Of a DNA stretch of 64,000 bases, positions 50,163 through 63,994 are shown piece after piece. The translations under genes and the position numbers were made by a program. This stretch comes from Eutreptiella sp. 'Long Island Sound 2002' (taxonomy: Eukaryota > Protista > Euglenida). Numbering within the stretch: position 1 is the stretch's first letter; each line of letters opens with the position of its first letter. Below the pieces are notes generated by a model that saw nothing but the letters and a program-made list of their open reading frames with translations, did not search any database and had not been told where the DNA came from. The stretch spans positions 193,316,001 to 193,380,000 of the forward strand of contig OZ038378.1 in the NCBI GenBank assembly GCA_964036045.1, in the 5' to 3' direction.

Positions 50163-53100
50163 GGACCGCGGCGTTCCACCCGGGGCCCCTTGCCCCCCCC
50201 CCCCCTCTTCCAAAGGCTGCGGCCTTGCCGGGCGGCATGAACGAATGTGTGGCGCGTTGAGACCTGAAGTACTGTTTGAGGCCGCCGGAGCGATTCTTCA
50301 GGGTAACAACGACAAACCGCTACCACAAACGCTGTGGGATCATCGTAGCACTGGACAGCTCTGAACCTTGATTCCGAGAGGTTGTCTCGAGTACCGTAAA
50401 GTGAGCAGGCCACGCCAGCTCATCTTGGCCTGAGCCCAAAACAAAAGATTCTGGAGGGTAGCCACCATCGCTGATCTAGGGCGAAAGGCTGTGGGCACTG
50501 GACGCTGTGAAGAGCCCACATTGGACAGAAGATTCAGCTCATCCTCACCCCATGTTGCGTCCGCTGCCACATCGCTCTGCAGGACAATCGTAGCATTGGA
50601 CAAGCTCTGATCCTCGAGTACGAGAGTTTTCTTGAGTATCATCTGGTGAGAGGGCTAGGCCTGCACACCACGAAAAAACCAAAGAAAAAGGTTGGGGGCG
50701 GTTACTGTCGGTTCCACATGCCATCGAGTCTGGCACCTGCCGACAGGGAGACAGTGGCTGGGCATAGGCTGGGCGCCCTGCAGGGGGGGGGGGGGGTAAA
50801 ACCCCCCCGCCCATTCTGATTCATCCCTGCCCCCAGTAGAACGGCCATTTGGTGGTGCACGATTGGGAACTAGTGGGGCCTCTACACACGAGTATTATCA
50901 CTCGTGTGCAAAGAGGAACCATTTTGCCTCTGTGGACCGGGGTACAGAACGTTCGCCCCCGTTTCCCATCGCCCCCGCCCCCACCTCATATGTGGTGAAT
51001 GGGAACGGAGATTGTCCCTCCCTCACTGGGATATGTTCAAAATGCTCCGAATGAAATGGGGGGCAATTCACCCAAAACCCGAAAAACAATTTGATCCCTC
51101 CCCCCCATCCCTCTGGACCCCCCGCGGGGGTTGGGGCCTAGAACTGAACCCCCCGTCAGAATGAGCAGTGGCGAGAGGCCAATAGGCACCGCCAAAGGCA
51201 AACAACCTAATACCGAGGCCTTGTGCCAACCTCCCCCCCCCCCCGTTGTAGCGGGTGCCGTGCGCGTTTATTGGCACCGGCACAACGCAGCGCGGGACGC
51301 TGAACTTGGCAAACGGACCGGCAACTCCCGTCGTTCGACGGTTCAGGTGACTCTTTGGGGGTTACCATGCCGCGCCCTGCGGCGGAGCAATACCCGCTGG
51401 TCGCCTGCCGAATCTGGGGTCGGTCGCCCGCCGGTTCAGTGGTGGAGATGTGTCCCAACAATTGTAATTATTGTATCCAACTGTATCCCAAGCTCCAGAA
51501 TTGTGTATCCCATGCGTATCCCACCTTTTTCTGCATCTGACTCAGATGTCTGGCCACCCAGGCGCAGGCCATGCTGCATGTTCATATGGCATGTATCTTG
51601 TGGGTGGTAGATCTCATTCCTTTGTTTCATGGTTTTCATGCATCACGTGTGTATCCCAAGGTTCCAGAGTGTGTAGACTGTGTGTATTCCAAACACAAAA
51701 AAAGTGTGTATCGCGTGTTGGTTGTGCTACGCACTATCTCCACCTCAGGTCGGTCGCCCACCTTGGGAGTCGAAAAAGGCAATGGGCGGGACTCAATCTC
51801 AAGGGTGGGCACAAGGAAGCAGCACCATGACTGCGTTTGATGCATTGTACTCCCGGTTTTGAAAATTCAACAATAATCCCACGAAATGTTCACAAACCCC
51901 AACGATGACGAAACACGAGCTCATCATCCGAATTCCTTCCCGAATCAATTACCAATAGGGGGGCCCTCCGGGGCGCTTCTTTGGCACCCCGTCTCTTTTG
52001 TGTGTGCGAAGGAGCGCGTTTTGCGGAGCACCCACGACAACCGCCGTCGGTTACTGGCTCAACCGCCTTCGGTGCAACTCCAACAGCTGTTGGCCACCGC
52101 CGAACAGCTGCCCATTACCACCGAATATGATGGAGTGTACTTTCACCCGCTTTCCCGTTTTGCCGACGCACGGAGCGCCCGGGCGCCGTATCAAGCGCCG
52201 AGCGAAGCACATGCATCTCCTCTGGCCCAAACAGTGAAAGGGCATGCCACTCTCCACCGATTCAGTGGGGGATGCCCCGCTGGGGCCATCAGTCACGAGC
52301 ACATCGCGGGGGCAGGGGGGGGGGGGGGAGCTCGTTTGTGCCTGTTTCTGTTGTCCTGTGAACCGTCCGTTAAGGAGCGCCGGCGTGGGAGGGCCGACTC
52401 TACAGGCCCAAGGACGCAGACTGCCCGAAGGCAACGGAAGCCGGCGATTAACCAACGCCATTGAAACCTCTTTCCAATCTGTGTGCGATGGATTCCACCG
52501 CTTTTTTTTTTTAATTACTTTACGCTCTGACCACGGGGCAAAGACAGAGGGGCTCACTTTTTTGTCTTGCCGGTATTGCGACTTCTCGTGGCAGTCTTTC
52601 CCCCTCCCTCAGTGACATGACACGTTGACACATTCCCTGGCAAGGGAGCGCGGGCAGCGGGTGTGGCTGTGTCAGTGGATCGGGGCATGAGGGCCCAGGC
52701 ACTGGGTGCCAGTGACAACAGTGCACACAACAACGTGGTTGACTCGGACATGACGGAGTGCGTCCACCGGTTTGGACACTGTCGCCGTTCTGGGGGGCAC
52801 TGCTGTGCGTGTTGTCGCAGTCCGACCGTTCCGGTGGGAGGACACGTCCGTGCAAACTCGACAGGGGTTTGGCACTCCGTCCTGCGGCTCATGGGATCTT
52901 GCTGGTTTTATCACGTACCCCATCTTTGATTTCCATAGGGAGGTCGAAGAAAGGTTTGCGCGCCGCGCGGGGGTGGGGGCGGTGGGCAGGATTCGAGCCC
53001 CCCAAAGAAGGGGGGGGGGGGGTTAGGGAAGGGGCTCTCGTGACAGGCCAGTCCAAAAAGGCCAGAGGCCAGTCTAAACACTCTAATGATGGCTCACCAC

Positions 53101-53760
53101 CTGCGCCACGAAGCGGCCCGGAAGAATTTTTGGAAATCCCCCCATGATACATTCCTCAAAATGATCAGCGCATCGTGGGGGATCGTTTTGTGCCAGGTGT
53201 GTTGGACTACCTCAGAACCCCCCTCCAAGCTAGGTAATCCTCGCTGCATGTCAGAATCGCTACAACAGTCATTTGTGGGATCCTCGTAGCACTGGGCAGC
53301 TCTGAACCTTGACTCCGAGAGGTTCTCAAGTGCCATATGATGAGCAGGGTACACCAGCTCATCTTGATCTGGACCACAAAAAAAAAAGAATCCCCCTCCA
53401 ACCTCCCCCTTCGGCGCGTCGGGGGTCCTCGTGATGTGAGCCCTGAAAGGGGGGGGGGTTCTGCAAAAGGGGCTTCAACGACCCCCCCCCCCCCCCGCAT
53501 GCAAACCTTTTTTCTTCCGCCCGTAGCTCACAGGCCAAATGGGCTTTGGCCTTTGCGTAGGTCTACGCCTTTGGATGCCCCGACACGCGCGGCCAGGGGG
53601 TAGGGGGGGGTGGGAGGTAAGCAGGCAAAGCCGAAGGCCGTGTCCTGTACTGCAATGGCGTGTGTAACTGCTCCCATGAAAGGCCCTGCGGAGGCTGGGG
53701 ATGATGTTGCGGCCGTGGGGTACAGGGGGGGGCTTTAATTAGGCGGTGAAAAAATTTGTT

Positions 53761-54193
53761 TGGACAAATTTCGAAGCCCTCCCTCGTACCAAATATTTCC
53801 TTCAATTTTAAGGATTCTTTGTGCCATATTGTGTCAGGGGGTGCCATAACGACACTCACCCTTTTTTTTTCACTATGACATTCACACTGTGATGTGACTA
53901 CCCTCACAGATCGTGATGTAGCTTAGTAGGTAGTTGCACTAGGTTCTAGTTCTAAGGTTCCTGGGTTCAAACCCAGCTTTGGGTAATTTTTTTTGCTTTG
54001 CTTTTTTGGTCTTTTTTATGTCTGCATGTCTGCATGTTTGCATGTGCCTGCACCCCCAGGACATGGATGCTACGGGAAGCAGCAGCAAGGGGCCTCGTAC
54101 CAAATTTTTCCTTCATTTCTAAGGAGTAGTACCAATTTTTTACCCCCTTAATTTTGGTCATCCGAAAAAAAAAAAACCTCTTAAATTAAAGCC
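53761..54193 (+). repeat. ~450 bp dispersed repeat with internal tRNA-like cassette (copy 2)
   Basis: Same start TGGACAAATTTCGAAGCCCTCCCTCGTACC and same end CCTCTTAAATTAAAGCC as copy 1. Confidence 0.75.
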
Positions 54194-54563
54194 CCCCCCT
54201 GTACCTGAGGGAAGATGGCTTTGGTCCATCCAAACCTGTTTTACGGTGCACTCCCCGCACCTGTGCGCCTTGCATCACTCGCCATCCAGAAGCCTCCATC
54301 AGATGACAGCAGCCATCCAGAAGTCTCCGGGAACTCAACGCTACTCATCCACTATCACTGCGCATAGTTTTCGGTTTAGATGTGAATCAACGAGGTTGTT
54401 TCTCCCCTTACGGAACGCCCTGGTGTGTGGCGGCATCCCGAACCCCCCCCCCCCCCCCGCCCTGTGTCCAACGAATGCGTTGTCCTACGAACACTTCCGT
54501 TCGGACCGTATTTTTTTGGGACCCAATTAATTAGGGACCGGGTTTAGGTACCGAATTAATTGA

Positions 54564-55592
<1,029 letters not shown>

Positions 55593-58021
55593 TAGTGCAG
55601 CGCTGAGTTACCACTTTAAACCGAGTTCGTTCAGCTCTTCATCGAGCTCTTCATACACGTGCAGATGGGCAATTGTCTGGGTTTTGGCTGGGGATCAGCC
55701 TATTCACTCAACCCTCCCAGTCCCCATACCTGCCCCCAGACTCCCCGACGTGTGAGGGGCACTGGTGAGGGGTGGGGTGAACTTCCTCCTGAAAAGCCTG
55801 ACATTGTGGATGGAGCCTCTGGTAGACTAACCCCCCCTCCCTTGCGAGAGCAACACCAAAGTCCCAAAATTTGACAGAAACAAAACCTACTGTTGCTCTG
55901 ACAAGGGTGTTGCTCTCGCAGGGGGGGGGGGGGGGGTATGTGGTAGACGGCCGGGACAACGCGTGGAGGAGCACAGCACCTGGGCCTCACGCACACGGAA
56001 ACGCAGCGAGGCAGGTTGTGGACTACCTGAGGACAGAGGTGTGTGGACAGCAAAAACAGTCAAACAACCCCGCAACCACCAGCACAACCCCAGTACGCCA
56101 ACTACTGGGCGCCGCTGATGCGCAAACGGCACATCCCACCACATCCCGCACAGCCCCAGCACACCAACCACGGGGCTCCACGAACGCGGAAACGACACCA
56201 GCAGGTGCACTGGCCGCAGTGGCCGACAGAAAGCAGTGACCCGACGCAACATGCGAAGGGAAGAACGGGTGACTGTCCAGGGCCCCGGAAAGAAACAACA
56301 ACCAGACGGAATGTCACACAGGGGGGGTACCCCTCTCTTGCGCAGCCACCAGTCGTGTTTGACCACGTGCATCCCTGGGTACGGACTGTACGGGTGTATG
56401 GACTGGTTTGGGTGGTCAGGGGGAATTTGTCTGCATTGGTTGTTTGCAGCCGCTGGGGAATAGGCATTTTCAGTGGGTGGGAGTGGCAGTCGGCCCTCTG
56501 CGCAGTTGCATCCAGTTGTTTTATCCAGTGCAACGTGCACACATGTACGAGGGGGGCACTGGATCCTGCTCAAAGTCAAGCCTCTTGCAGATGACAGAAC
56601 ATCCAACAATCCGGTTGAATTTGAGCGATTCCATGAATTGCATCATGGCCCCCCCGCATCCTACACAATATTCCTCAGGGGGCAAAAATTTTCAAAGAAA
56701 ATTGTTTTCGGACGATTGTTGGTACACAAACCCTTGGATCTCAGAGCCCCCCCCCCCCCCCTTTCTGTCCTTCTAATGTGTCCCTGTCCGTACCGCCGTT
56801 ATGGGGCTCCCCCATCCCCGCTCTTGTGCCGGTGGATGGGTCTCTTGAACCGGGTGGTCCCCCCATCCTTGTGCCGCGAACACCTTGCACAATGACCTGC
56901 TGGGCAAAAATGCTGGGTTTCTTGTCAAACCGTGGTCTTGTCCAACGACCACCGACAACCAGGTGGTCAAACAGTGAAACACGACTGGTGGCTGCGCTGC
57001 ACAAGAGGGGGGTTAAGTCTGCCAGAGGCTCCATCCACACTGTCGGACTGCCAGCCAGACCCGTCTATTCCCGTGCCCAACTGGCGTGCTCTGTGCCGGG
57101 CATGCACATTCGGGCCAGCAGGAAAATTGTGTGCTCCATGCCCAGTGTGTATTTCACACTTATGGCATAGTGTTGATCCTTGAGGCTTCGGGAGGTTTGG
57201 TTACGGTACCGCATTTTCCCGCAGTTTTCCCGCATTTTTCCGCAATTGGATTTGATGCCCCCCTGACTAATCCCCCCCCTCCCCCGGGCAGAGATGCTTC
57301 ACAACGAAAATTTTTCCAGGAGGACCCCATGAGGAGTGGGGGGTCACCACCACCACACATGTGACAGACCACATGTCACCATATGGGGAGGGGGGTTGAC
57401 AGAAAAATCCTCAGGTAAACCAAAGATTCGCAAGAAACTTATGTTTTGACCCCTGCTTAGAGCTTTTCTGTTCTTAAGCATGCAGTACATATCCGTCGGA
57501 TGAATACACCGTATTTGCAGCAGTGCATGCTTGCCTCTGGGGGTCGAACCAAAACACCAAATTCCATTGCGTTTTGCAAGTCCACCTGGCAGACAAATGG
57601 TCGTGACGAGATACCACAAAGGTGGCCATTATTCTGAGTTGATGAAAATTACCCCCAGCAGACCTTGCACTGCGTTGCAAGTGGTCAGAATATCGAGGGA
57701 GGAAAACCGGTTTTGAAAATTTTGAGCTGTTGAGGCTGAAACTGCTTCACCAGTTTGTGCACCAACCCCTTATCCCTGCACCCAAGGGCCAAATGGTGTG
57801 CAAAACACATCATGATGGTGCAAATCCTCCATGCAAAATCAGGTTTTACACCAGGATGACGCTCTGGGGTTTGAGGTACACAAACCCGTGGGTCTCAGAC
57901 CCCCCCCCACCCCACCCATCCCCCTTCCAAGGCGTCCATGGGGATGGGGCAAGCTCGGAACGGTTTTGTGTGTTTGGCGAGGGCAGTGTACGTGCCACAC
58001 GTCTCGGCGTTGTACGTGCAG

Positions 58022-58108
58022 AGCGGCATCCCACGAGAGGAGCTGTACTTGGCCTCCAAAGTCTGGGGTGATGTGATTTATGAGGGAGGAGCTGCGGTGA
58101 AGAAGCAG
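58022..58108 (+). CDS. Gene 3 exon 2 (SGIPREELYLASKVWGDVIYEGGAAVKKQ)
   Basis: AKR REELF-x-SK-x-W motif (catalytic Lys); joined through a GC-AG intron 55458-58021. Confidence 0.85.
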
Positions 58109-58517
58109 GTGTCCTTCGGTGCATGTGTACCCTGTGCCGCTCGGCCTTTTGGGGGTCGACCGTTCCCTTTGCTCGCGGTGATGCGGGACCACGGGGCTGC
58201 GGATCACCGGTCTAAACAGAGCGGCTGGTGGGAGTTGCTCCACTGCGGTGCATCCGTGGCTTGGCCTGGGGCGCAGTCAGGGATGCATCAGAATTCAAAG
58301 GACCTCAGAGACGGCCCCAGAAGCGGTTAGACAGGCGGTTGGAGGAGGTTGCCAAAGCGGTCGGTGGCGGTTACTGTCGGTTACGAATGCCATTGAAGCC
58401 GGCACTTGCCGTCAGAGCGACAGTAGTCTGGCATGGTCTGGGCGCCCTGGACCACGCACGGGTGCATCACTATGGTGTTGGACACACTCCCATCCCATGT
58501 CCCCCGCTGCTGTAAGT

Positions 58518-60663
58518 GGGGTCCGTGGTAAGACTTAGTAAAAAATGTTTTAAACAAAATTTTTTACTAAGTTTCAAAACTTAGTAAAAAATATTTATTT
58601 GCTTAGTTTTTCCTCTGGGGTGGGTTTTTACTTAGTAAATTTCTTAGGAAAATTTTTTTTTAACAAAGTAAATTACTTAGTAGAAAAAAAAATTTACGAA
58701 GTGAATTACTTAGTAGAAAAAGAAACTTTTTTACTAAGTAAATTACTTAGTAGTAGAAAAAAAATTTACTTTTTTTTTTCTACTAAGTAATTTACTCACC
58801 AAAAAAATAAGTTTTCCCACTTGTGACTGCCACTGCCACTGGGCCCAGTTGTGGGCTATTTCTGATATTGTCCCCCCACTCTAAAATCCACGCTTTGTTG
58901 CGTGGCCCCCCCAAAAAGTAAGGTTTTCCACTTCTGACTGCCGCCACTGCTGATTCTACCTCCCGCGGTGGGGACCCCCGGGCAGCAAGGGTATGTAGCC
59001 ACCCGGCCCACTTGTGGGCCACTTCTGATTCTGCCCCCCGGTCTAAAGCAGTGGGGACCCCCCAGGCGGCAGGGGTTATGTAGCCACCCGGCCCACTTGT
59101 CCACCTTTTATGTGTGGTCAATGCAATAGGGCTGTATATTTGTGGGAGAAGGAGGTGCAAGTGGAAAGCATCTTGCACCCAACCCCCTCTATGGATGTGG
59201 ATGGAAGCAGCGCCTTTGTGGCCGAGGCATCGAGTACCCCACTGGACCCCGTCCCACCCAGTTCCATTCCGTCCAGAATCGTTGTCGCCGCACCATTTGG
59301 TGATCACCCAACATCTTCTATCGGGTGCCCTAATGCAAAACAAATCGTGGCTGATGTGTGCAAAGCACTGAGTGATAGCCAAGGCTCGTTTCGCCCATCC
59401 TTGTCAAAGGTAGAGGCGCTGCTTGGCAATGATTGGAGGCAGCCGCTACATGTCATAGTTCCAAGTTTGTCGCCCCAACAATTTGAGTTTGAGGCCCGCC
59501 ATTTCAGGGACCTCACCACCGAGAGCTATGTCACAGATTGTGCTCAGATTGTGGTGTATTACTGGTGGGCTGCCCAAACCGCTCTCGGTGCGGATTGGGA
59601 CACATTGTGGAATGCCTCATGTGCCAGTGCACAACGCCGAAAATAGTTGGTTGGATTGTGGGCAGAGCGCACTTTGCAAGCGTCGTCCATAGATATGTCT
59701 TTCGCACCACCCCTGATTGTGGCGCAGGTGTATAATTTGAGCAATTGGCATTGGGTGCTGCGTTTGTTGTTGATTGCCCCAATTGGCGAATACCTTTGCC
59801 TTAAGTTTGACCCAATGTGCGACCGGCCACACATTGTTTGGGCAAACCACGAGGAGTTGGCTGTTGTGGATTTGATTGCCGAGCGAGAAGGCGTTGGACC
59901 ACAGCTGCGGAAGAAGTGGTCAAAGATTTTGGATGCTTTCGGTGCCCTTGCATTTGCAATTGCACCCCTGCATTCCACCTTCATCCAGCACATTGATGGT
60001 GTCAGTTGCCATCCGGCATGTCTCTTCACGTTGCATTGTGCCTTGTCTCGGCGCGTTGTCAAGGGCATATTGCAAGTGCCACAAGATCAACTGTGGTTGT
60101 TGCGTGAAATGGCTGAAGCTACTCTGTACTTCAGTCATTCAAAGTCGGCCTCCACCCCAAGGACCCAGCAGTATATTGGGAGGTGGCTCAGATGTACCCC
60201 GAACCCAAATCTGTGGACCTTGTTGACACATGCTTGTATTGTGATGGCACACCTCACATTGTGTGCCACGAATGTAAGGTTCTTCATTGTGCCTTGAATG
60301 CGTCCATCTTGTGTCAATCGGAGATTTGTGTTGGGTTGCGCCACCCTGGACGGCCAACCTTGCTGCTGTTGCTGTTGCGTCTGCTGTTATTGCTGCTGCT
60401 GCTGCTGTTGACACCCGTCCTAGTGTGCCTACTGTTGTTGCTGCTTCTGCCATTGACACCCGTCGTGGTGTGTGGATCTGTCGCACGTGTCCCCAAAATG
60501 CTGATGGTCAACTGAGTGGACCGAGGTAAAACATAGTAAATATAATTCTTTTTTAGAATTTTTTTTAAAAAAAATTTTACTAAGTTTTACCTCGTTTCTA
60601 CTGAGTTTTACCAAATTTTACTAAGTGTTACCTCGTCCGGTACTAAGTTTTACCAAATACCCC
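58518..60663. mobile_element. Non-autonomous TIR DNA element with AT-rich ACTTAGTA subterminal repeats carrying a Ulp1-like protease
   Basis: Ends GGGGTCCGTGGTAAGACTTAGTA and TACTAAGTTTTACCAAATACCCC are imperfect inverted repeats (19/23); lies in AKR intron 2. Confidence 0.65.
59110..60297 (+). pseudogene. Ulp1/SENP (C48)-like cysteine peptidase, interrupted by one in-frame TAG at 59644
   Basis: DLTTESYVTD (~L-x-WL-x-D), NLSNWHWVL (His), KFDPM (Asp), IQHIDGVSC (Gln/Cys); two ORFs in the same frame. Confidence 0.55.
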
Positions 60664-60741
60664 TGTATAAGTGTCGTGTGTCGGCCCTGGTGTGCGGAGT
60701 CCTGCCTGCGGGGGCCTGTGCTACCACTGTGCGCGCATCAG

Positions 60742-60864
60742 TTTGAGCAGACGTTGTCGGACCTCGGCACGGACTACCTCGACGTGTACCTCGTCCACTG
60801 GCCCGTGCCCGTGAAGCACATCGAGGCGTACCAGGCGTTGGAGGAGCTAAAACAAGCCGGGAAG
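60742..60864 (+). CDS. Gene 3 exon 3 (FEQTLSDLGTDYLDVYLVHWPVP...ELKQAGK)
   Basis: AKR LG-x-DYLDLYL-x-HWP motif (catalytic His); canonical splice sites. Confidence 0.9.
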
Positions 60865-61923
60865 GTATGCGGCGTTGGGTGGAGTTCATGCCCTGCCCCC
60901 CCCCCCCCCTGGCCCTTCACACGCCATGTTCCGTAATCACCTGCTCCAATGCCCCTCCAGCTGCTCCCGCCCGCCTTTGGTTTTGGGCTGTCTGATGGAT
61001 GTGCTGCACCGCTCCCCAAGTGGTCCATTGGTGGGTGCAACGTCTTGAGCACATGTGTCAAAGGACCGTGTGGAAATAGGGCATTCCCCAAGCAACACGC
61101 AGTGCTGTTTGCACCGGGCATGTGGATGAAGCCGCAGCTGCATCCCAAAAAATCCAAATTACTGTATCCAACTGCATCCCAATTTTCAAGAGTGTGTCAT
61201 ATGTGTCCCACAGCCTTATCTTGCTTTCGTAGTTGTCCGCGGTTTGTTCCCCCCATCCCTTGCGGCTCTTTCCCAGACACGATGAAGCACTTGTCCGCGA
61301 AGAATCTTTGCCAATGTGTATTGTGGGGGATGGCCCAGATCTCTGCCCTCTGTTCTTGCATGTCATGTACCACATGTGTATCCCACGCTTTAAGAGGGTG
61401 TATCATGTGTGTATCACCCCCCCAAAAGTGTGTAGCCGGTGCCAGCGGTGTTACGCTCTATCTACACGTCTGGTTTGCACAAGTTTTTGTTTCGCACTAT
61501 TGCACCCTGGCCCGCAAAGCTGCGTTCCTTGTCGACACCTGATCGATAGACACAAAGCCAAAGCACGGGTCACAGGCTGTACTGCGCAGTAACAAACCAC
61601 CTGGCCAAGTGGCCGGAACTGATTTCCAACACACGGGAGCGCAAAATACTTTCCGGTTTCGCCGCGAACAAAAACGGGGGGGGGGGGAGTGAGTTTGAAA
61701 TTATGGGCCATGGTGGGCGGTGTACAGCGGAGCACGAGGGGTAGGGAGTAAGGGGTCAGGGAGTGGAGGCACCGCACCATGGAACACATTGATGGCGCTG
61801 ATGGTTGTCGGATGGGTGGCCGAACGAGGGGGCAGTCGGCAGTGAAGGCCGTGGGGAGCAGGCGCGGCTTGAGCCCAATATGGACATGCCTGACCAGATT
61901 GATGCCTTTTTTGTACGTCACTG

Positions 61924-62013
61924 TGTGTGGGAGTGAGGGAAAGGGGCATACGGGCTGTGTGGGAGTGAGGGAAAGGGGCATACGGGCTGTGTGGGAGTGA
62001 GGGAAAGGGGCAT
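61924..62013. repeat. 32 bp tandem repeat x~3
   Basis: TGTGTGGGAGTGAGGGAAAGGGGCATACGGGC at 61924, 61956 and 61988. Confidence 0.9.
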
Positions 62014-62664
62014 GCGGATACGGGCAAACCACTTTCATACGCCACGCCTGTGTCCGGCCAGTGCTTGTTGGCACCCCTCCCCCTCCAGGGTGGAGGCCAA
62101 AAAGCGTCTATGGACCCAAGCTCCTACATTCGGCCTCCAATTTCGAATCATTTTTTTGCGGATGAGAACCCCCCCCCCTTTTTTGCAAAGGACCGTCCCT
62201 AAGGACCGCCCCCAGGGACCACCAACTGCCGCCAACCGCCAACCGCCAACCACCACCAGCCACCAATCACCAACCACCAACCACGGCCAACCACCACCAA
62301 CCGCCACCAACCGCCAACCGCCACCAACCGCCAACCGCCAATCGCCAGCAACCATGGTTGATCATATGAGCTACACGCGGTCTTTTTGCCATTTCGGAAC
62401 ACTTTTTTTTTCTCTCTTAAGGACGGCCTGCTGGAGTGGGTGGGCAGAGTAACCCCTCCTCCGCCTCTTCATCGCACCCCCTGGGGGGGGGGTGTATGCT
62501 TTTAGGGGGCGTTGTCGCACGGTGCGCGCACGGTGCGTGCACGGTGCGCGCACGGTTCAATGTTTTTGGGATGGTTGCCCAACTTGTACCCCGTTGAATG
62601 GCCCCCATAGAAACCAGGGGTTGCCATAATAAAAAAAAAAACTCGGAGTGTCCAATACGCCCTA

Positions 62665-62895
62665 TGATGGCGGCCGGTGGGTAACTGATGGCGGTTGGTG
62701 GGTAACCGATGGCGGTTGGTGTGTAACCGATGGCGGTTGGTGTGTAACCGATGGCGGTTGGTGGGTAACCGATGGCGGTTGGTGGGTAGCCGATGGCGGT
62801 TGGTGGGTAACCGATGGCGGTTGGTGTGTAATTGATAGCGGTTGGTGTGTAACCGATGGCGGTTGGTGGGTAACCGATGGCGGTTGGTGGGTAGC
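62665..62895. repeat. 21 bp minisatellite (GTAACCGATGGCGGTTGGTG-K) ~11 copies
   Basis: Directly visible contiguous units with no spacers. Confidence 0.9.
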
Positions 62896-63994
62896 CACCA
62901 AACATCAGAGAGTGGCTGCCTTAGTAAAAAAAAAAAAAGCTGAGCTTCCTTATGGCAACCCCTGATAGAAACACACCCGGGGTCCTGATTTCTGCATCTT
63001 GCAGTCCATACTGGCATACCAGGATTCTTCAATTTTTAGTCTGATGCTTGTCACAGGTTCCAGGGTCCTATTTTCTGCACCCTGCAGCCCCTATTGGCGT
63101 ACCGGGAATTTTTTTTTTTGAATCTGATGCTTGTCACAGGTTCCAGGCTCCCAATTTCTGCACCTCGCACGCATCTCCGTAACAAACCATGCACAGGCGA
63201 CAGCACAAGCGACAACAATGGTTGGGTTACGGGAATTTCAATTTCATCCGCCACAGCATTCTGGCTCATGATCATCAATTCTAGGGGCTTCAGCTTCCAC
63301 TTCAGGTAATTGGGGCTACAGCAAAGTGTCCATCGGCGCCTCATGGTGCACAGGTTGGGGGGAATCGGGGCTCTCAGCAGTCACAATTGCAAACTCCAAC
63401 CGCTCCTCGGGTGCATGCTCGTACAAGACCTCTTCACCACCCAATTCGTACCGAATAGAGACGCGGCGCCCACCTCTTGAAGAAGGGTCAACGACAGTGG
63501 CCGACACCCTATCCCCGTTGGAGCGGTGGTAGTACACAGGCAGTCCGGCGACAAGCCAGGGCAGCTCAGATTCAGGCAATGTGGATCTGCCGGACACAGA
63601 ATAAGCAAAAGGACGCACGGTGCGCGCACGGTTCAGGCAACACCCCCTTATGCCCCAAGACAGGGGACAGGGACCGCTGGGAAGGTGCGGAGGTCGTCCA
63701 TACCACCGCACTGTGGAGCGCATGACCTCAGTTTGCATTGTTTCCTGCATTTGTTACTGTTTGTCCTTCTTTCTTTCAATCAATACCTCATTCTAATTCG
63801 GTCCGCCCCCCCCCCCCCCGCCCCCGCGGGGGGTATTGAAGCCATGGCGTGGCTTGTGTATCGACCACATTGGCTGCATTGTGGTGGAGACATGTCACAG
63901 ACTGTGTAGGAACTCTTTGGGAGGGGGAAGTCGCAATCCTTCCAGACTTCCCGGTACCCCTCTGCCCCTCTGCCCCTGTGCTCCTGTGCATCAG

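Noticed and set aside
53905-53980. tRNA-like cassette whose loop TTCTAGT would give a CUA (amber) anticodon
   Set aside because: No acceptor stem, imperfect anticodon stem, and the sister copy at ~40200 has a different loop; this is a decayed repeat, not a suppressor tRNA.
62665-62895. Possible CRISPR array (also the 168 bp and 32 bp arrays)
   Set aside because: Units are contiguous with no unique spacers, there are no cas genes, and the context is eukaryotic.
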